Assembly (NCBI GenBank): GCA_044892525.1
Contig: CM097885.1
Span: 22,136,001-22,200,000, forward strand
DNA: 64,000 nucleotides
Direction: 5' to 3'
Source: Schmidtea polychroa
Taxonomy: Eukaryota
Shown: positions 56,890-64,000 of the stretch, piece after piece
Layout of the letters: every line of letters starts with the position of its first letter
How positions within the stretch are numbered: the first letter of the stretch is position 1
Notes under the pieces: model-generated
The model's database searches: none
The model's input: the letters and a program-made list of their open reading frames with translations, nothing else
Told to the model about the DNA's origin: nothing
Program-made: the position numbers and the translations under genes

Positions 56890-58616
56890 TAGGGCAACCC
56901 ATTGCAACTTTTTGCAACTTTTGCAACTTTTGACTTTTTTTGGAAAATTTTTGATTTAAAAATTATATATTCATATATAGATTTTTTGATTTAAAAATTA
57001 TGTATTCATATATAGATTTTTAATTTTTTTTACCATGAAAAATAATTCGAACATTAGAAAATACTGTGCATTATACAATAAGGAGTTTGTAATGGCCCCA
57101 AACGATCAGTTGTACTGCAATCTGTGTTCTAAAACAGTCGACCACAAAAGAAAATATACGATTGAAAAACACCGAAGAAGTCTTAAGCATTCCACCTTAT
57201 TATCCCAATTAAATAGCGAAGAACCCGCTAAACAAGACTTTATAAGCGTGAAGAAGAGGGAATTTCTTGAAATATTAACAACCGCGTTAATATCAATCGA
57301 CCTGCCGCTTCACAAACTACGAAATAATAGTCTCAAAAAGCTCTTTAATTTTATGACCTATCCACTTCCATCTGAATCGAGTATGCGAAGATACATTATT
57401 CAAAATACATACCCAGCAGTTTTGAATAAATTGAAAGATTATGTCAAAAACAAAGAAATATTTCTTGTTGTGGATGAAACTTCAATCAACTTAGAAAAAT
57501 ACGCCATGGTATTAATAGGAATAATCGAATCTCCTAAAGTTGTTTACGCGGCCAATTTAATACACCTGAAAGCTCCGATAACCCACCAAATTGTAGTCAA
57601 CATTATAAATGAAACATTTGATATTCTTGAAATTGAAAGTAAACAATTTTTGCTGTTGTTAAGCGACGATGCTAGCTACATGCGAAAAGCAGCCGATCAT
57701 TTAAAAATCGTGCATCCAAACCTTTTCTCAATTAAATGTATTGCGCACCTAATTCATAATTGTGCAATGCGGTTAAAAATTCACTACAAAGATGCTGATA
57801 ATATGATTTCTGCGATTAAGTCAATAACGGCAAAAAATAAAGAAAATAAAAGAATTCTTTCTAAGGCAGGCAATATTCCAGATGTTATTGTAACACGATG
57901 GTCAAGTTGGCTTGGCGCTGCATTAATTTATTCTAAAATACTGCCAGAAATAAAATTACATTTCAAGGAAATAACTCAAAAGGGAATATTGATCGAAAAT
58001 GCGAAAACGGCTATTTTTAAAGAAACGATAACAAAAGAGTTGGAAGAAATATTTAATTGTTACAGGGGGTTAGTTGTATTGGCTGATGAGCTTGAAGATT
58101 CAAAACATTCAATTGAAAGTGCATTTAAAAGAATAAATGAATTCGACTTCAAAGACGACCCTTGTAATTTGAAATCTTATATTCAGGAAAGAATGTTTAA
58201 AAACGACTTAAACAACATTTTGGAGTTGTCTAACGACAAAATTTCGCCAGCAACATATTCTCAGTTAAAAAATTGCCAGCCAACGTCAATTGACGTGGAA
58301 AGGAGCTTTTCAATGCTGAAAAGAATGTTAAGAGAGGACAGGAATTATAACGGAAATAATATTCCGTATTACTTTATCTGCTATTTCAATTCAGTTGATG
58401 AAAAAAACAATTTGATCCGAAACATTAGACCAAAGAATTATCAAGAATTTTTGCTTGTTTTCCCGTTTACAAAGGAATTCTACTTTAATGATTTTATATT
58501 TATATTTTGTAGTAAATAATAAAAAATTTAATATTATTTTATAGTCAGCTTTTATTGCAACTTTTGCAACTTTAAGTTTTTTTGCAATTCTTTTTTGCAA
58601 TTTTTGGGTTGCCCTA
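56890..58616 (+). mobile_element. Compact, potentially autonomous hAT (1727 bp)
   Basis: Perfect TIR TAGGGCAACCCA; perfect 8-bp TSD GTAATCAC; subterminal TTGCAAC repeats at both ends. Confidence 0.95.
57035..58519 (+). CDS. hAT-family transposase (CGGBP1/DUF659-like), 494 aa
   Basis: N-terminal CxxC..H..H zinc finger, VVDET, LSDDASYM, CIAH, TRW, DVERSFS. Confidence 0.9.
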   Translation: MKNNSNIRKYCALYNKEFVMAPNDQLYCNLCSKTVDHKRKYTIEKHRRSLKHSTLLSQLNSEEPAKQDFISVKKREFLEILTTALISIDLPLHKLRNNSLKKLFNFMTYPLPSESSMRRYIIQNTYPAVLNKLKDYVKNKEIFLVVDETSINLEKYAMVLIGIIESPKVVYAANLIHLKAPITHQIVVNIINETFDILEIESKQFLLLLSDDASYMRKAADHLKIVHPNLFSIKCIAHLIHNCAMRLKIHYKDADNMISAIKSITAKNKENKRILSKAGNIPDVIVTRWSSWLGAALIYSKILPEIKLHFKEITQKGILIENAKTAIFKETITKELEEIFNCYRGLVVLADELEDSKHSIESAFKRINEFDFKDDPCNLKSYIQERMFKNDLNNILELSNDKISPATYSQLKNCQPTSIDVERSFSMLKRMLREDRNYNGNNIPYYFICYFNSVDEKNNLIRNIRPKNYQEFLLVFPFTKEFYFNDFIFIFCSK

Positions 58617-58665
58617 GTAATCACATCATTATATTATTGCATAATTAAGATACAAAAGACAATAG

Positions 58666-58879
<214 letters not shown>

Positions 58880-61099
58880 TAAATCCAAATTCATAAATCA
58901 ATAAATTCATGTACATTACCTCTAATTATTATTATTATTATAAGAACTTTTTCAAATTTCACCACTGATTTATCGATGTTTTTGATATTCACGAATTTTA
59001 TATATTTATATATTTTAGTGAAATCAAATAATATGTGATATTATATTTATTTTAATTATTATAAATTTTTTATTCAAAACAAATTTTCGTCATTGCCTTA
59101 ATCAAATATTATTCAAATAAATAAAAGATTTTATTGATAAAATCAAATGTGCTTATATAATTATTGATAATAATTCTGAAATTATTCATAATTTGTGCAA
59201 ATTGATATGCAAAAGCAGAAATATCAATAAAAAAAGATTTGGATTCAAAATGGGAATTAATTTATAATGAAATATCATCGGCCAAGAATTATTTTTGTAT
59301 CCTGTGTCATGATGAAAAATTTATATTTACATGAGAATTTCGACATTTGTTGCCAATATATTTATAAATTAATATTTTACTGCATTCTATAAATATAATG
59401 TAACAATATTAACCTAATGATAATTATTGTTAAAATTCAAACCAATGATATCATTGGAAAATTAATTATTATTCATATTACGTAACTTATTAGTAGACGG
59501 AAAAGTTGTATGATTTAATAAAATAATTGAAATAAATATATTAAATTGAAGAACACATTAATTAAATAGGAAAATATTTTATTTGAATTGATTTCCAGAA
59601 TCACATAGTTAGAGGGTTGTTCATTCGGTTTTTAAAGTTTTTTTATGGCAAAATTTAAAAATTTGAAAAAAATAGGATTTCTACTTATTATATATGTAAA
59701 AATAATAATGCCCACATATCCCACATTTTACCATTGACAATGTAAGATGAATTTTAGGTTTTAATGCTTTATTTTCAAATTTCACTAACATCAGGTCTAC
59801 TATATAAAATGGTTACTGTTATTTTGTCTTCAGCTTTTGGTATGTGTTTTGCGATTTTTAGTTTTCATATTGGTTCATGCTAAGAAACTGAGCTTATACA
59901 AATTAGAAGTTGAAAACTGTAACAATTTTCAGTACCTTTGTAGATAAGTATTCTTCTTGAAATAAAATCATTCAATCCTTCAATCATGTCAGGGAATTTC
60001 AATTTTAGATTACGTCCTGTCGATAAGGTAACAAAAATACACATCACGATGTATTAACTATACAAAATAGATTATATACCCAGTAATAATTTTCTGTATT
60101 TTAGAAATAAAAGTTAGTTGCAAATTTCTGCCAATAGTGTTAAATGTTCTATTATATCGAAAATAATTTTCTTGATATTTTCTTGAAGCAAAAGAAATTT
60201 GTCAGTGTCAAAATATTTGTTCTTGAATATATGTATTAGTGCTTTTTAAATAATTAAAAATATCGGTAAATTTTATCATTTTAGCAGACCAAATATAAAA
60301 ATTTTTAAAAAGAATCTATATATTCAATTTGGAAAGGCCCAACACCCCATATTTAAGCTCCGAAATTCGGAATGATACTTTATCCTTGAGAAGTCGTGTA
60401 CAAAAGCAAAGGTTCGTACTGAGCTTCCGTATATATCAAGTAAATTGGAAATGCGTACTTTAAATGCATTGTTATAAATTGGTTATTCTCTGAGATAATC
60501 AGAAATCAGTACATCCATTTTTCACATTTTGTCTATTGTATTAAGATAGTTTGCAATAGTTATAAGTTTACATCTTACTTTTATTATCTTGTTCGTAAGA
60601 ACAAATGTATTATTGATTTGATGAAGATTCACTTTGATAATGAATTTTAATTAAACATTATTAATTATAGACTACAATTTTATGAGATTTATCTTAAAAA
60701 CTGCAATCTCAATCAATGAATGTATCATAGATATGAAGAGGTGTGGGTAAATATTCCTTCAACCTCCGAACAAAATCACTTTTTCATTTGAACGAATGAT
60801 TAAAATTGGTTCATGTTCAATTAATATTCATAGAACGCACTTGAATAGAGCCATATTTTATTAAATGCCATTTTTTCTTCTCATATAGCAAAAATTTATA
60901 ACAGTAGCGTTAGATACAAAAATCCAATTAATTAATTAGGTTTATTTAATAAAAATTCAGAAGAAAATATTAAATAAAATTACGAAAATATATATTATTG
61001 AGAAAATAAAGTATTGTTTATTTTATTGGGTTAGAATAATGTACAGTGGTAAAAAAGAGGTATTCTAATAATAATAAATTTTAATCAAGATGATATCAG

Positions 61100-62000
61100 T
61101 GGCAAATAAATATCTATTTTGCAGATTAATAAAAAAATCTCATGAAACACATTCCGATCAAGATTATGATGATGAGAAAAAGTACAGAAATTTCCAAAAT
61201 TAACATCTGGAACGACAAACATTAATCCAACATGTTTTCATTTTGTTTTTTAAATAATTTTCGTTTGGATGAACTTTACATGAAAAAACATTTAAAAAAT
61301 CAAGTTGGAATATGCGAAAATGGGAAAAGAATTTCTGTAGAAATTTAATTGAACTACATTTTTTATTAGGCAATTAAAAATCTTTCAAGTCCGATAATGT
61401 TATCATTAAATATTAGAAGTTTCTTAAATATTGTAATAAAAATTTAGATTTATTTTTATCCTTTTGACATTTCTTCTAAAAATATATGGAAATTCATTAA
61501 TGAAAATACAAAACAAAAAATGTTTTATCTGAAACCTAACTTAAAACATCGAAATCATTGTTCGTTCTGCAATTGAAAAAACGAATGATATATGGTTTAC
61601 TGAATTTAGTGATTCATTTGGATTTTTAGAAATTTTTTCATGAATTGATAATAAGCATTAGCCACCGTCATTTTTGATAAGTTGATGAAATGATTAAAAT
61701 TTTTAAATTTTAACAATAAGTTTACATGTTAAACAACTAGAAAGATCAGCTTTATCGATAGAGTACCGGTAAAAATGTGAAAGGAACAATTAAATGGTTC
61801 ATCTTAATGAAATGATTGCCTGAGTACTTGAAGCATGAAGTATGGTGTAATATCTGATAGATAGCTTTTGGTGGTATAATAATGATATGAATTTGTCATC
61901 GCTTAATGTGTAAAATATCAAATATATTTGACATAGGCGATACTACTGCCATATTCGGAGAGATGTGATGGTACACTGCACATTTTGGAGTCTTATTACA
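61100..62000 (+). mobile_element. Degenerate piggyBac relic
   Basis: VDEMI motif at 61681 with upstream piggyBac-like residues; many stops. Confidence 0.4.
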
Positions 62001-64000
62001 TAGTCACTTGATTTGTACCTGGTAAGTTAAGTTTCTTGCGTGATGGTAATGGTAGTCAGATAGGTCCGATGCTACCCTACCACTGAGAATCGTATCCAAT
62101 ATTACATGATGGTTTATTTAAGTTCATCTTAATGATGTATTATTAATCGAAATTTGCAAAAATCTCTAAAAAAATTAAAACTAATCTAGGAATCACAAAA
62201 GAAATTGTATAATAAAAGTTTTAAAAAAATCCCAAATGGCATACCGCTAAATCACAGATTATTACACTATTCTCGCCGTCAGAAACTATCATAGAAAATT
62301 TAAATAACTGTGAGGCAAAAATGAAACATTTAAAAAACTAAATATGGACAATTTTAGTGAAGCTGAATAATTAGATCAAAATCTGAGACGAAGTAAAAAA
62401 AGTGATAAAAATTACTTTTATTTGCATAAAAACTCCCGTTCTAAAATAAAAATTAAATTTCTCTTTTTCAAATTAAAAACCAAATTTACATCGGTAAACT
62501 TCAAAGACTTTTATAATAACGTAAAAATTATATATCCTGGGATTTCAATGTAATTGATACCAAATATTAAAATATTACAAATTCTGGTTCATTTGTCGAC
62601 ACACGACAAAAAGGTTAAAATTTCTTGAAATTTTATTGAGGAATCTTAATATATAATTATTGCGATTCATTTTTATTATGTGATTTCAAACTCTAGGACA
62701 GTTGATATAATTAATTTAACATTTTAATTATAGATATGTTAATAAAAATTTTTGTTTATTTAGAAAATAATAAGTATTTGAATTAAATATTAACGGAAAA
62801 TGATCCGAACCTTATTAAAATGCATTTATTTATAATAAAAACCACCTTTTCCAATATTATCAAAAATACGACTTGGAATTGGACTCTTTAAATCTTCGGA
62901 AAATTAACTGGTTCCTGATAATGCGTATTTAACATACTTATTAACCATATTACATTTAATTACAAAAATTATTCAATCAGATATTTTTAAATAGATTTTT
63001 TAGGAATTATTAGGTTAGATAACTTGTGAAAAATATTTAAACTTAACAATTGTCAACTGCTTACCAAAGGTTGTTTGGTAGCCACATACCCATCAGTGGA
63101 CATTTTTATCGGTATTGGATCAGATCATCCTTGGACATAATTTACATATCAATTCATAAAAGTGAAAATAAATGATAATATAGGAGATCATCCGTTAGTT
63201 CAAGGTTTAGGAAACAAATTAGTAAACAAATTTAGTAAACAAATTATTGGTAATTATTTTATAATTGCAAATTATTCGTATACGTAATTTCATTTCAACT
63301 TAACAGGTATTGAAAAGTGAAATTAATTTCCCTGTACAAAGCATTCTGAGTGTTAGAATATTTTTTATCTTACTGCAATGACTATAGGTTTTATCCCATA
63401 TGTTAAATTAACTGAGTAAAGATAAATAGACCTAAAGTTTAATACCATCAGATATTTTTCAAAGAATTTTTTTATTTAAAAAAAATGTTACAATTTCATC
63501 ATTTCTTACTGTTTTATGTGTCACATGGCATTCGACAAGATGTGAAAATTTAATTTTAAATTTTACAAAATGATTAATTCTTTGTCGCTAAATTTGAAAT
63601 TTTTGCGACTGATTGGGTAATATTAATACAATATCGCAGTTTCGTAAGCTACTACATATCTATAGCTAGTTCCAAATAAATGCTAGATTTAGAATTAAAT
63701 ATTATTCTCATTTATTTAGTAACTTTGAAATTGTAACTCATAATTTACAATGAAACATTAAAAACTCCGTTCCTGAAAAAGGCCTTAGCATATAAGTTCA
63801 AGTTTACTTTATGAAGGCACGAGTCGTCTTCAACCGCAATGTATTTTATCAAATAACCTAATATTTGTGTTTTGTTATTAAGTTATTATAAGTAAGCATA
63901 TTAAAATAATAATTTTATTTGAGTAGATGGTTGGTTTTTGTAGATAAATGCCATTTTTGTCCAAAAAGTAAAGATTGTAACCAATTTATAATAAATTAAT

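Noticed and set aside
59690..60900. Candidate upstream Sec7 exons of PSD
   Set aside because: No FxLxGE(T/S)Q motif and many stops; more likely a decayed transposase (KCGICGH knuckle), too degraded to classify.

Overview
Very AT-rich, repeat-dense animal genomic DNA. The 44-54 bp GT-AG introns, (AAT)n/(TA)n tracts and TE spectrum suggest a planarian-like flatworm (inference only). One host gene is supported: a minus-strand PSD/EFA6-type Arf6 GEF (Sec7 C-half, PH, coiled coil), with 9 frame-consistent exons at 54707-33442; its 5' exons were not found. The rest is nested mobile DNA. (1) Two compact Ty3/gypsy elements with very short LTRs: 153 bp with non-canonical AGTTA..TAACT ends, and 122 bp identical LTRs around intact ORFs. 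In both, the gag ORF opens inside the LTR and reads through the PBS. (2) TGTTG..CAACA LTR-like units with 4-bp TSDs: a 961-bp solo LTR and a 5267-bp unit carrying a 254-aa orphan ORF and splice signals. (3) Five hAT elements with 8-bp TSDs, one with an uninterrupted 494-aa transposase. (4) MULE/pogo MITEs and mariner, Tigger, piggyBac and LINE relics. (5) Host-gene debris: an eIF3j retrocopy with poly(A) and TSD, a CstF-77 fragment with an internal duplication, and adjacent PGM3 and USP Cys-box fragments. All homology calls are by eye from remembered family motifs; no searches were run.
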